Positions 20,301-29,090 of a stretch of DNA of 63,916 nt are shown here, piece by piece. This DNA is from a virus (taxonomy: Duplodnaviria; Caudoviricetes). Position 1 is the first letter of the stretch. The number at the start of each line of letters is the position of its first letter. Position numbers and translations under genes: made by a program. The stretch lies in the IMG/VR virus record IMGVR_UViG_3300044491_001200, positions 1 to 63,916 of that record; one strand, 5' to 3'. Under the pieces are notes generated by a model. That model saw nothing but the letters and a program-made list of their open reading frames with translations. It did not search any database and was not told the origin of the DNA.

Positions 20301-20359
20301 CAAGTACTCCAACTGCTGGAGCCGTAACAGCAACAGTTGAATATCAGTTCTTAACTTAA
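17303..20359 (+). CDS. tail fibre-like protein
   Basis: 1018 aa Thr/Gly/Ala-rich; TGDVTG repeats, duplicated SAGSYG..VDAKGR and GNLTVxGT modules. Confidence 0.8.
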   Translation: MANIKNFGIKGVASDIQLGKGGGFFVYDKSNGKFQVKDSGSSLENIEFATVEAGTWNGTAIGVAYGGTGLTSVAQDKIIYSNGANQFTTADITAFGLGLLADADASAGRTSLGLGNIATQASNAVDIDGGAIDGAVIGANSAAAGSFTTINASSTITGNVTGNLTGTADDADALSSAVTVAISGDATGSATFTNAGDTATISTTLAASGVSAGSYGSSSAIPVITVDAKGRVTAVSTATTSSTLTIGDGSSTDTVTVGTDTLAFVGTANEIETAVTNNQVQIGLPSNVTIGNDLTVTGTLNSDDITSSAISIAGDATITGNLTVQGTQTTVNSTTVETADAIFRVNSNGADTDVGFEANANGTIKQILYTSVGDEWDFGSENVKASTFTGDLTGDVTGTTSSIANHSTSDLSEGTNLYFTAARARGNISVTDAGGDGSLAYDSGTGVITYTGPSAAEVQAHITGGTGVTITSGSVAIGQAVGTSDNVSFGTVTADLTGDVTGDVTGDVTGNADTATALATGRTIAITGDATYTSGAFDGTGNVTGNLTLANSGASAGSYGGSTAVPVLTVDAKGRITAVSTAAISTSFTLSDGSNTQTVAGGDTLTVAGGTNITSVVGATDTVTINLDANPSVTSMTATGAVTGGSLTDGTATFSSGALSGATTGGFSGTVTAGGFTGDLTGDVTGDVTGNIAGATATMTGAVTGGSLTDGTATITGGAMSGATTITASGNVTAGNFVTAGDVGTATLTTSSDAVIGGNLTVNGTTTTLSSTNTTVEDTLFELNSGLSGANANDIGILMERGSTGDNAFMGWDEASDSFRFATTVETADATGDLNLSDADVHAKDITSSGTVQFVDLSDGSITIANFIDDDTMATASATTVATSESVKAYVDTKVAAVDDTVLRATFTANSSDSSFVIGTMPNTSGRTYIGSKLTLKVTTGFSGDSVDGIVVNDGTNDLMAVAQNDPTITGVYIVDLGAEAITSGATVSASFKQSDGSTASTPTAGAVTATVEYQFLT

Positions 20360-20375
20360 TCTTAGAATGGTAACG

Positions 20376-20404
20376 AAAAAGCAGGCTACGGCCTGCTTTT
20401 TTTT
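20376..20404 (+). terminator. intrinsic terminator (possibly bidirectional)
   Basis: AAAAAGCAGGC-tacg-GCCTGCTTTTTTTT. Confidence 0.9.
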
Positions 20405-20418
20405 GGCTAAATATTGCT

Positions 20419-21468
20419 ATGGATTACTTACACATAAACGTTGACATGACATTTATCAATGCTCAACGTGTAAACGACATAATAATGTTTACAAAAACAA
20501 ATCAATATAAAGGCCAAACACTAGTATTTCAAAGTTGGCAAGAGCCTATTGATAGAAGTAAGATACCATTGTATAAAAAATTGTTTAAAGAAACAGAACA
20601 CATAAACAAAATTTGGTTTGTGCAATATGATTATGCACAAGAAGATTGGATACAAGACTATGACTTTGTAACCTATTTTGATTTCCTTGCATACCAAATG
20701 TACCGATACAACTCAGATCATAATACAAGTTGGAACTACAACGCAACAAAATTTTTATGTCACACAGGAGTACCGCATAAGTTTAATCGCACAGTTTTAA
20801 TTTATAATCTATACAAAGAAGGCTTACTAGATAAATGTGAATACAGTTACCCTGCTTTATCAAAAGAAGTGCAAGACTCGTGTAGACCACTACTACCTAA
20901 CCTAGAACACAATGAATTCTACACATGGGTAAATGAAGTCTGTAAAGAGGCTACAGTTGATAACTACTCTAACGGTAATCCTCATGATGATTGGTTATGG
21001 GGTATATCTCTAGAAAAAGAACTTGCTGAAAATATGCTGTTTAATGTCACAGTAGAGACTTGGTTTTGTGAAATACAAAACACAATGCCTTTCTTAACAG
21101 AAAAAACTTGGAAACCTGTGATGAATAATTTACCTTTTATTCATGTAGGAGAGCCAGGCTCATTACAAAAACTAAAAAACTTAGGCTATAAAACATTTGA
21201 CAATTACTTTGTAGAGCAGTATGATGATATCACCGATCCAATAATGAGAATGAATGCTATTGTAAATAACATAAAACATTGGCATACAAACATACTAGAT
21301 TACAAAGATAGCATCAAACAGGATGTTGAGCATAATTATAATCATTTTAATAACAACATACAGAACATGATTGAAAATGTAAATGCTATAGATGATATAG
21401 ATTTACTTGTAGACTATACTTTAGAAACTCTTCTAAAAAATAAACCGGATTTAAGGTTGACATCCTAG
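20419..21468 (+). CDS. hypothetical protein, glycosyltransferase-like C-terminal region
   Basis: FNVTVET...FLTEKTWKP...PFI..G...LKNLGYKTF...YD pattern. Confidence 0.5.
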   Translation: MDYLHINVDMTFINAQRVNDIIMFTKTNQYKGQTLVFQSWQEPIDRSKIPLYKKLFKETEHINKIWFVQYDYAQEDWIQDYDFVTYFDFLAYQMYRYNSDHNTSWNYNATKFLCHTGVPHKFNRTVLIYNLYKEGLLDKCEYSYPALSKEVQDSCRPLLPNLEHNEFYTWVNEVCKEATVDNYSNGNPHDDWLWGISLEKELAENMLFNVTVETWFCEIQNTMPFLTEKTWKPVMNNLPFIHVGEPGSLQKLKNLGYKTFDNYFVEQYDDITDPIMRMNAIVNNIKHWHTNILDYKDSIKQDVEHNYNHFNNNIQNMIENVNAIDDIDLLVDYTLETLLKNKPDLRLTS

Positions 21469-21491
21469 ATTAAATTTGCTATCATACTTGT

Positions 21492-21818
21492 ATGGTAGAT
21501 AAAAAGACCCCAAAAAATAATGTAGTTGATATATTTTCCGGAAGGCTAAAGTCACCTAAGCCTACAGATATGCAATGGCAATTATATGTACCGCCAGACT
21601 TTACTGAAGATGATATGAATCAAATAGATTTAGAGGATCTTGCTACCAAAGTATCATATTGTGATACACAATGGGAAAAAATATATGAGTACACTAAATT
21701 CATTGAAAAAGTGTCACATCACATGAATATGAGCATGGATATAGACAATCTTAAGTGGTTAGAGGCTGATTTATTGCAAATTTTTGTAAAATTAGTGGAT
21801 AAAAAGGTTGACCTTTGA
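21492..21818 (+). CDS. hypothetical protein
   Basis: TTGACA(21457)-17-TATCAT immediately upstream. Confidence 0.65.
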   Translation: MVDKKTPKNNVVDIFSGRLKSPKPTDMQWQLYVPPDFTEDDMNQIDLEDLATKVSYCDTQWEKIYEYTKFIEKVSHHMNMSMDIDNLKWLEADLLQIFVKLVDKKVDL

Positions 21819-21836
21819 CCCCAAATTTAGTATTAT
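21808..21836 (+). promoter_or_regulatory. early promoter (AAAAAGG-TTGACC class)
   Basis: TTGACC-17-TATTAT; GTAGGAG RBS downstream. Confidence 0.8.
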
Positions 21837-21879
21837 ATATGCATAGTTTGAGAATAACACATTACGTAGGAGTAATTAT

Positions 21880-22974
21880 ATGGAAACTTTACAAGTAAGA
21901 CCGTCCGAGACAAAGCCAATTGTACTTCGTGCAATGAAGGCAAAACGTCCTATATTTTTATGGGGTTCACCGGGCATTGGTAAATCAGATCTTATTCAGC
22001 AGATTGTTGACTCAGGTGAGTTAGGTAACGCATACATGATTGATATGCGTCTTGCTCTTATGGAGCCAACTGATTTGCGAGGATATCCTTTTAGGAATCC
22101 AGAAACAAACACTATGGAGTGGGCACCAGCGGCAGACTTGCCAACTGAGCACCTTGCTTCACAATACGATACTATTGTATTGTTTATGGACGAACTTAAC
22201 TCAGCACCTCCTTCAGTACAGGCGGCGGCTTATCAGTTAGTTCTCAACAACAAAATTGGTCAGTATTCATTGCCTAGCAATGTAGTAATTGTTGCCGCAG
22301 GTAACAAAGAAACTGACAGAGGTGTTACATTCCGTATGCCTTCCCCCCTTGCAAACAGGTTCCGTCATATCAATATGGATGTGAACTTTGAAGATTGGAG
22401 CATTTGGGCAACGGATCACAAAGTACACCATGATGTAATTGGTTACTTGACTTATGCAAAGGCAGATTTGTTTGACTTTGATCCTAAGACAAGTTCACAG
22501 GCATTTGCTACTCCTCGTTCTTGGAGTTTTGTAAGTGAAATCCTTAACACTGAAGGCTTTGATACTGCTTCAGACTATGAGCAGAAGGCAGAGATTGCCG
22601 GTGCTATTGGTGAGGGTATGGCTATTAAGTTTTGTGAGCATAGGAAGTATGCTTCTAAACTACCAAACCCAGAAGATGTACTCAATGGTCAAGTAAAGAA
22701 ACTTGATATCAAAGAGAAGTCTGCTCAGTATTCATTTGCTATTGGACTATGCTATGAACTAGCAGAGTTGTATAACAAAGGTGATGAGAAACTTTTTGAT
22801 AAAGGTGTTGATATGTTCTTCGACTTTATCATGGCAAACTTTGAGCCTGAGTTAGTAATCTTTAGTGCTAAAACAGTACTAAGCGATCATGACATTGACA
22901 TCAAGCCTCGTAAACTACAAGGTAAGAAAGAGTTTAAAGATCGTTACTGGAAGTACTTATTCCCAGGGAAATAA
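21880..22974 (+). CDS. MoxR-like AAA+ ATPase
   Basis: WGSPGIGKS, DMRL, DLRG, LFMDELN, AAGN, PLANRF, TPRSW. Confidence 0.9.
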   Translation: METLQVRPSETKPIVLRAMKAKRPIFLWGSPGIGKSDLIQQIVDSGELGNAYMIDMRLALMEPTDLRGYPFRNPETNTMEWAPAADLPTEHLASQYDTIVLFMDELNSAPPSVQAAAYQLVLNNKIGQYSLPSNVVIVAAGNKETDRGVTFRMPSPLANRFRHINMDVNFEDWSIWATDHKVHHDVIGYLTYAKADLFDFDPKTSSQAFATPRSWSFVSEILNTEGFDTASDYEQKAEIAGAIGEGMAIKFCEHRKYASKLPNPEDVLNGQVKKLDIKEKSAQYSFAIGLCYELAELYNKGDEKLFDKGVDMFFDFIMANFEPELVIFSAKTVLSDHDIDIKPRKLQGKKEFKDRYWKYLFPGK

Positions 22975-22984
22975 TTATAAGTTT

Positions 22985-23037
22985 AAATCTGTTACTGTCC
23001 TACATCGTTACTCCTACAACCTATCAGTAACAGGTTT
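22985..23037 (+). ncRNA. candidate structured 3'-UTR RNA with anti-SD loop
   Basis: 13-bp stem AAATCTGTTACTG/CAGTAACAGGTTT around a 27-nt loop with TCCTAC and CTCCTAC. Confidence 0.5.
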
Positions 23038-23038
23038 C

Positions 23039-23066
23039 CCCCTCTCTTCGGAGAGGGGTTTTTTTT
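23039..23066 (+). terminator. intrinsic terminator
   Basis: CCCCTCTC-ttcg-GAGAGGGG followed by T run. Confidence 0.92.
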
Positions 23067-23071
23067 GGATT

Positions 23072-23758
23072 TTATTTGTATAGGTTGGCTAGGTATTCAC
23101 CTAGAGGACGATGACACCTTAGGTCAATATGGTTAGGACTATGGTCTTTACATTCACCAAGATCTACATCTATTGAGTATAACGGTTGAACATATTCATT
23201 TGATATTTCTAACCAATCAGTAGATTGCCAATGATCAAAATTTGATAGATTTATTAAAGTTTTTACTTTATGGTAGTCACACATTCTTGCTATGTCACCT
23301 ATTATTATTTCACTGCGGTTTAAATCTAATTGCTCGTCTGTTAGATATAATAAAAAATTGTTGTATGCATTTTCATGGCGTTCTGATCTCATGCTTATGT
23401 GATGGCCTTCTGCATGATGACTGAGATATCTTGGATGGTAAGGCTCATACACATAGTTTGATTCATCTGGGTTGAAGTGAGATTCAATAGTGTTTGCCGC
23501 AAAGTCTGTTTCTTCTACTGTGGTATCTGGAAACATGTATCTATTAGGACTAGTAGGCCAAACCATGATGTGTGTAGCATGTAACACCTCTATAGCATAC
23601 TTTACTTGGGCATGAATGTACATGTTGCACCCAGCACCTCTGCCTAATGTTATAGCCTCACAACCTAATACTTCACCCATTATCAAAGGCCATTGAGATT
23701 CTGCAGGCCAATGTGCATTTATACTAGCAAAACTATCCCCACAAACCACTAATTTCAT
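23072..23758 (-). CDS. SGNH/GDSL-like hypothetical protein
   Basis: VCGDSF start, LGRGAGCN, C-terminal NH. Confidence 0.6.
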   Translation of the reverse strand: MKLVVCGDSFASINAHWPAESQWPLIMGEVLGCEAITLGRGAGCNMYIHAQVKYAIEVLHATHIMVWPTSPNRYMFPDTTVEETDFAANTIESHFNPDESNYVYEPYHPRYLSHHAEGHHISMRSERHENAYNNFLLYLTDEQLDLNRSEIIIGDIARMCDYHKVKTLINLSNFDHWQSTDWLEISNEYVQPLYSIDVDLGECKDHSPNHIDLRCHRPLGEYLANLYK

Positions 23759-23809
23759 GCAAATATTTATAAAAATACCAACTTTTTGCCAGAAAAAGTG
23801 GAAAAAAGG

Positions 23810-23838
23810 TTGACCTAACCCACCAAATTTAGTATACT
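23810..23838 (+). promoter_or_regulatory. early promoter
   Basis: TTGACC-17-TATACT. Confidence 0.8.
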
Positions 23839-23872
23839 ATGTACATAGTTTAATAAAAAGGTAGGAGATTTT

Positions 23873-24400
23873 ATGCAAACATTAGTAATACACACCCAAT
23901 ACAGAGAGAACTATGCCGCTCACAATGATGATTATGAGCATGGTGTAAGTGAGGCTCACTGGAAGTTCAAGGGTGGTAGCACTTATTTTGTAACGGACTT
24001 AACTCCCGGGCAAATCAACAAGATTGCTCAAGACGGTATCCCTACCTTAACCAAATTGATTGAATACTCAAATGAGGCTTCAGAAGAATATATCCTGGAT
24101 TGGGAGATACGTGACCTTGGTAAAAATGGCGACGGCAAAGGTCCTATTTGCGAACCATGGGAAACTCCAATAGAGTTTTATTGGAAGATGGACCGTTGGT
24201 TATGTCGTACCCATCACACTCCCAATCCTGAATATAGCCATTGGAACCGTGCCATTATTGGCAAGGCAGAGCAATGGATTCCTTTAGAGGAGCAAGGTAG
24301 GTCAGACTACAAATGTCAGTACAAGACTGCCAATGGTTGGTTTGATATGCACTCTACTCAACTTAAAGCAGAAGTTGAAGAAGCCAATCAAGCCGCTTAA
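23873..24400 (+). CDS. hypothetical early protein
   Basis: Strong promoter and RBS; TQYRENY...WKFKGG pattern. Confidence 0.75.
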   Translation: MQTLVIHTQYRENYAAHNDDYEHGVSEAHWKFKGGSTYFVTDLTPGQINKIAQDGIPTLTKLIEYSNEASEEYILDWEIRDLGKNGDGKGPICEPWETPIEFYWKMDRWLCRTHHTPNPEYSHWNRAIIGKAEQWIPLEEQGRSDYKCQYKTANGWFDMHSTQLKAEVEEANQAA

Positions 24401-24459
24401 CTTTTGGTTGACATTATCATTATAATAAGTATAATATATACATTAGGTAGGAGAAGTTT

Positions 24460-25785
24460 ATGGACACATTAGAAGTAAAACAACCAAAGATTAGTAGCGA
24501 TCCTAAAGCCACATCTCATAAGGCGTTGGAAAGTATTCCACCTACAACTCTTAGCAAGAAAGAAATTGAAGATCGTTTAATTTCTGCTAGGATTTCCATG
24601 CTACTTAATTGTCCGTTCTATGGTAACTTGGCTTGTCGTCTTGAGATGAAAGACGCAACTGATTGGTGTCCAACTGCCGCAACTGATGGCAAATACTTTT
24701 ATTACAATAGAGACTTTGTGTCTGCATTGTCAATGGGTAACCTTGTATTCCTTTGGGGTCATGAGGTAGAGCATTGTGTATATGATCACTTTGGTAGACG
24801 AGGTGAGCGTGATCCTATGCTTTGGAACATTGCAAACGACTACATTGTAAACGGAGACCTTATTGAAGGTAACGTTGGTGAGAAAATTACACTTGTTGAA
24901 ATATGTCATGATTACAAGTATCGTGGTTATACTTCTGAGGAAGTATATGCAGAGTTATTCCAACAGGCTGAAGAAGAAGGCCGTGTAATAAATGTATCTA
25001 CACTTGATGTACACTTGGATATGGAAGACGGTGATGACGAGGGTGCTGGTACTAATGCTAATGCACAAGAAGGCAATGCAGAAAGTAAAGGCAAAGGTCC
25101 TGCAAAATATACTGCTGATGAAAAACGTGCTATCAAAGAACAATTTAAGAACGCAACTATCCAAGCGGCAAAGAGTGCCGGTGCTGGTAACTTGCCAAGT
25201 GGTGTTAAACGACTTGTAAGTGATCTAGTAAATCCTCAACTTAGTTGGAGAGAACTATTACCACAACAAATTCAAAGTGTAATTAGAAGTGATTACAACT
25301 TTAATACTCCTTCACGTAAAGGTATTGGTGAGGGTATTTGGATGCCAGGCTTAGACCGTGAGCAAACAATTGATGTTGCTATTGGTATGGACACATCGGG
25401 TTCTATGACAGATGATATGAGCCGTGATATCCTTAGTGAAGTAAAAGGTGTTATGGATCAGTACACAGATTTTAAAATACACTTGTTCTGCTTTGACACT
25501 GAAGTACACAATCCACAAGAGTTTACTGCTAATAACATGGACGAGTTTATGGACTACGAAGTTATGGGCGGTGGTGGAACCGAGTTTGATGTATGTTGGG
25601 AATACATGAAAGAAAATGGTATCCAACCTAAAAAGTTTATTATGTTTACAGATGGTTATCCTTGGTCCAGTTGGGGCGACGAGTCATACTGTGACACATT
25701 GTTTATTGTACACGGCGGAGGGTATGGTGGTGAGAAACCAGTAGCACCTTTCGGCATAACCGTACCATATGAAAGAGAGAAGTAA
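24460..25785 (+). CDS. metallopeptidase-like/VWA domain protein (DUF2201-type), MoxR partner
   Basis: TAATDG, HEVEH, WNIAND, MIDAS DTSGSM, GGGGTEF, FTDGY. Confidence 0.88.
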   Translation: MDTLEVKQPKISSDPKATSHKALESIPPTTLSKKEIEDRLISARISMLLNCPFYGNLACRLEMKDATDWCPTAATDGKYFYYNRDFVSALSMGNLVFLWGHEVEHCVYDHFGRRGERDPMLWNIANDYIVNGDLIEGNVGEKITLVEICHDYKYRGYTSEEVYAELFQQAEEEGRVINVSTLDVHLDMEDGDDEGAGTNANAQEGNAESKGKGPAKYTADEKRAIKEQFKNATIQAAKSAGAGNLPSGVKRLVSDLVNPQLSWRELLPQQIQSVIRSDYNFNTPSRKGIGEGIWMPGLDREQTIDVAIGMDTSGSMTDDMSRDILSEVKGVMDQYTDFKIHLFCFDTEVHNPQEFTANNMDEFMDYEVMGGGGTEFDVCWEYMKENGIQPKKFIMFTDGYPWSSWGDESYCDTLFIVHGGGYGGEKPVAPFGITVPYEREK

Positions 25786-25934
25786 TGCTAGAAATAATTG
25801 GTTTCATTGCATTGGCGTATTTATTTTTTAAATTTATGCCTACAATTTTAGAATACATATTTAAGTTTGCAGTTATCTGTATAGGCTTTGTTGCATTCTT
25901 AATTGTTTGCAATTGGATTTTATATCACATATGA
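25785..25934 (+). CDS. small membrane protein (49 aa, not in ORF track)
   Basis: MLEIIGFIALAYLFF...; overlaps both neighbours (TAATG, ATGA). Confidence 0.6.
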   Translation: MLEIIGFIALAYLFFKFMPTILEYIFKFAVICIGFVAFLIVCNWILYHI

Positions 25935-26725
25935 ACATAAATGAATTGTTTAGTGTAGAAGGAAAGGTTGCAGTTGTTACTGGTAGCTCTAAAGGCATTG
26001 GTAAAATGATTGCAACCGGTTTAGCAATGAATGGTGCTAAAGTATACATTACTGCTAGACATGGTTCAACTCTACAAAAAACACAGGCCGAACTGTTAGA
26101 AAAATACAACGCAGATGTTTATGTTATTTCTTGTGATTTAAGCACACAGGATGGCATTGACACTTTGTATAATGAAGTATGTGCTAGAGAAGATAGCATA
26201 GACATTCTAGTAAACAATGCCGGTGTGGCTGGTGGTGAGGACTTTGATTTGTTCTCTGAATCTAGTTGGGATAAGGTAATGGACCTTAATGTCAAAAGCA
26301 TGTTCTTTTTAACGCAAAAGTTTAAGAAATTACTTAAAACAAATGCAACATCAAGTGACCCATCTAGAGTTGTAAACATTGGATCAGTTGCTGGAATAGT
26401 AAACCCAGGAATCGATACATACGCATACAGCACATCTAAAGCCGCAGTACATCATTTAACAAGAAGTCTTGCAGGTAGACTTGTTAAAGAAAATATTTTG
26501 GTAAATGCTATTGCTCCAGGACCATACCCAAGTGACTTACTTGGACCAGCAATAGGCTTCAATTATAGCATGGTCGAAGAAGCCAACCCAAGAGGTAGGA
26601 TTGGTACACTAGAAGACATATCTGGTCTTGTAATATTTCTATGTTCGAGAGCAGGAGCATTCACAGTTGGTGAAACTATTACCTCTGACGGTGGTGTAAC
26701 TAAAACAACAGGACATTGGAAATGA
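25931..26725 (+). CDS. short-chain dehydrogenase/reductase
   Basis: TGSSKGIG, LVNNAG, YSTSK catalytic motif. Confidence 0.93.
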   Translation: MNINELFSVEGKVAVVTGSSKGIGKMIATGLAMNGAKVYITARHGSTLQKTQAELLEKYNADVYVISCDLSTQDGIDTLYNEVCAREDSIDILVNNAGVAGGEDFDLFSESSWDKVMDLNVKSMFFLTQKFKKLLKTNATSSDPSRVVNIGSVAGIVNPGIDTYAYSTSKAAVHHLTRSLAGRLVKENILVNAIAPGPYPSDLLGPAIGFNYSMVEEANPRGRIGTLEDISGLVIFLCSRAGAFTVGETITSDGGVTKTTGHWK

Positions 26726-27012
26726 TTAAAAAATTTAATAGACTTACTGAAGATGAATTTGTACTGCTGAAAGGCACAGACAAAATGGTCAATATGATTA
26801 GCAACAAATATTATACTGAGACACATGAACTAATCGAATGGTTAGATGATAATGCTATAGGTAATTTTTGTGTAGTAAAACATCTTAAAGGATGGATTCT
26901 ATATTTAGAGATGCTAGAAGATATGTTGAATGCTAGGCAACTTTGCGAACCAGTTTCGGAACCAGCACCTGCCATCCATTCGGTAAATATCGTTGATGAA
27001 ACCAAATACTAA
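26722..27012 (+). CDS. hypothetical protein
   Basis: ORF coupled to SDR (ATGA). Confidence 0.6.
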   Translation: MIKKFNRLTEDEFVLLKGTDKMVNMISNKYYTETHELIEWLDDNAIGNFCVVKHLKGWILYLEMLEDMLNARQLCEPVSEPAPAIHSVNIVDETKY

Positions 27013-28063
27013 TCTATGGTCCTGTAATGAATGGGATCCCCTCAAAGAAGTAATAATAGGAACGGCCGTAGACGCCAACATTCCACATGGTGATCTCAGT
27101 CATCACGCAACAAACTATGCTAATCTAAGTGCTGAACAGTATGCACAAATGCCTAAGGGTAGATACCCAGAGCATGTATATACCGAAGCAGAAGAGGACT
27201 TAGACGCATTGTGTAACGTTCTAAGCAACGATTTCGGTGTAAAGGTACATAGGCCTAACCTGAATGCTGTGGACTTTACAGCGAACGTTAGCAACGGCTT
27301 ATGGGACACAGACCAATACGAAGCATACTGTCCACGTGATAGTGTTACTGTGATAGGTGACAAAATCATAGAAGGTGCTATGAGTTTGAGAGCAAGGTAT
27401 CATGAAACCTTTCTATTTCGAGACCTCTTTAAAGAGAAGATGATGGGTGGTGCTAATTGGTTACAGATGCCTAAGCCACGTTTACAAGATAACTTGTTTA
27501 AAATACAGCCAGGTAGAGACCCAAGTGTAAACAACAATGAACCTATACTAGACCCTGCTAACCTCATACGCATGGGTTATGATATACTGTACCTTATATC
27601 CAATACAGGCAATGAGATGGGTGCTAGGTGGTTACAGAACGCACTAGGACCCGACTTTAGAATACATACTATGCATGACTTATACAGTTGGGCACATGTC
27701 GACAGTACAATTATGCCACTGAGACCTGGACTGGTAATACTAAATGCCAGTAGGGTAGATGCTGATAAGGTTCCTGAGATATATAAAAATTGGGATAAGA
27801 TTTGGTACACAGAAGAGATGTGTGTAGGACAACCATGCTTGGAAGACTATGCTCCAGCAAGTAGTTGGATTGGCATGAACGTACTCAGCATAGATCCACA
27901 GCATGTACTTGTACCAGATGACGAAGTACATTTAATGAAAGCAATGGAACAGAATGGAATAACACCTGTACCTGTCCAAATGCGTCATATGAGAACACTA
28001 GCAGGTGGTCCACATTGTGTGAGCCAAGACTTAGTTAGAGAAGGTAAACTTGAACAGTACTAA
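26996..28063 (+). CDS. amidinotransferase (glycine / inosamine-phosphate amidinotransferase family)
   Basis: NEWDPLKEVIIG, CPRD, HVDST, MNVLS, GGPHC. Confidence 0.9.
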   Translation: MKPNTNLWSCNEWDPLKEVIIGTAVDANIPHGDLSHHATNYANLSAEQYAQMPKGRYPEHVYTEAEEDLDALCNVLSNDFGVKVHRPNLNAVDFTANVSNGLWDTDQYEAYCPRDSVTVIGDKIIEGAMSLRARYHETFLFRDLFKEKMMGGANWLQMPKPRLQDNLFKIQPGRDPSVNNNEPILDPANLIRMGYDILYLISNTGNEMGARWLQNALGPDFRIHTMHDLYSWAHVDSTIMPLRPGLVILNASRVDADKVPEIYKNWDKIWYTEEMCVGQPCLEDYAPASSWIGMNVLSIDPQHVLVPDDEVHLMKAMEQNGITPVPVQMRHMRTLAGGPHCVSQDLVREGKLEQY

Positions 28064-28065
28064 AA

Positions 28066-28233
28066 ATGTTTAAATGTATATGTCATGCTGTTAGAGAACA
28101 TGAAACGGATCGCTATCATCTCATAGGTACCAAGTGCGGTAAGTGTCTTTTACACCCTTTACCTAAAAAAAAGCATAAAAAGTTTAACAAAAAACACACT
28201 AAGTTATTGAAAAAACAGCGGAAAATAGCATAA
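28066..28233 (+). CDS. BFD-like Cys4 mini-protein with basic tail (55 aa, not in ORF track)
   Basis: MFKCICHAV...GTKCGKC then Lys-rich tail. Confidence 0.5.
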   Translation: MFKCICHAVREHETDRYHLIGTKCGKCLLHPLPKKKHKKFNKKHTKLLKKQRKIA

Positions 28234-28276
28234 ATATTAGGTTGACTTAGCAACACATTTTGCTATAATATACAGT

Positions 28277-29017
28277 ATGAGTAACGGATTTCTAGTAGTA
28301 GGTGACGTTCATAACGAAGTCACAATGATGCAACAGGCAGTAGATTTTGCTACGGCGGCAGACCTACGTTTGGTGTTTGTGGGCGACTTGGTAGACTATG
28401 GACCAGAGCCATTAGCAACTATTGAACTTGCAAACAAGTTAGCAGACACTACTGATACCGTTTTCATAGAAGGTAACCATGATAACAAAGTTGCTAGATT
28501 CTTAAAAGGTAACGACATAACTATATCACATGGTATGCACATTACTGTAAATTTACTTAAAGAAAACAAACAAGCAGGTGAGATGTTTAACAATGTCTAC
28601 AGCAAAATGGTTTCATTCTTTAAAGTAAACAATACTGTAATGGCACACGGTGGTGTACATGGTGACTTTTGGACTGGTGATACAGAAAGTAAAAATGTTA
28701 AGTCTACATTCTTGTATGGACAAGTAGATAGAGAAGCAGGGTTTATAGAACGCAATGGCATGAACTATCCTCACAGAGTATACGGATGGACTGATCTTAT
28801 TCCAAAAGACCACAGGGTTATAGTTGGACATGACCGAAGTCCGTTTGAGCCAATACCTCAATTTGATTCTAATATAAACAAAATTGTGTTTAGAACCAAT
28901 GAACTAGGTGGCGAAGTAGTGTTTACAGACACTGGTGCTGGTAAGGGTGGATTTGTATCAGGTGTTATTTTAGACCCTTTAGGAGCAGTACTTGACACCA
29001 CAACGTTCAAAAACTAG
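28277..29017 (+). CDS. calcineurin-like metallophosphoesterase
   Basis: GDVH, GDLVDYG, GNHD, HGG, GH, DTG motifs. Confidence 0.92.
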   Translation: MSNGFLVVGDVHNEVTMMQQAVDFATAADLRLVFVGDLVDYGPEPLATIELANKLADTTDTVFIEGNHDNKVARFLKGNDITISHGMHITVNLLKENKQAGEMFNNVYSKMVSFFKVNNTVMAHGGVHGDFWTGDTESKNVKSTFLYGQVDREAGFIERNGMNYPHRVYGWTDLIPKDHRVIVGHDRSPFEPIPQFDSNINKIVFRTNELGGEVVFTDTGAGKGGFVSGVILDPLGAVLDTTTFKN

Positions 29018-29090
29018 CCTTTTTTCAGGCGTGAGCAAATTAAAACCCAATAAATATATCAGTAACATTTTAAATAAATGGAGAAATAAA

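Noticed and set aside
26996-28063. Amidinotransferase as the archaeosine-forming enzyme of the deazaguanine pathway
   Set aside because: It is a pentein-family enzyme, not ArcS, QueF-like or GAT-QueC; it lies about 14 kb away and preQ0 synthesis (QueC) is not visible.
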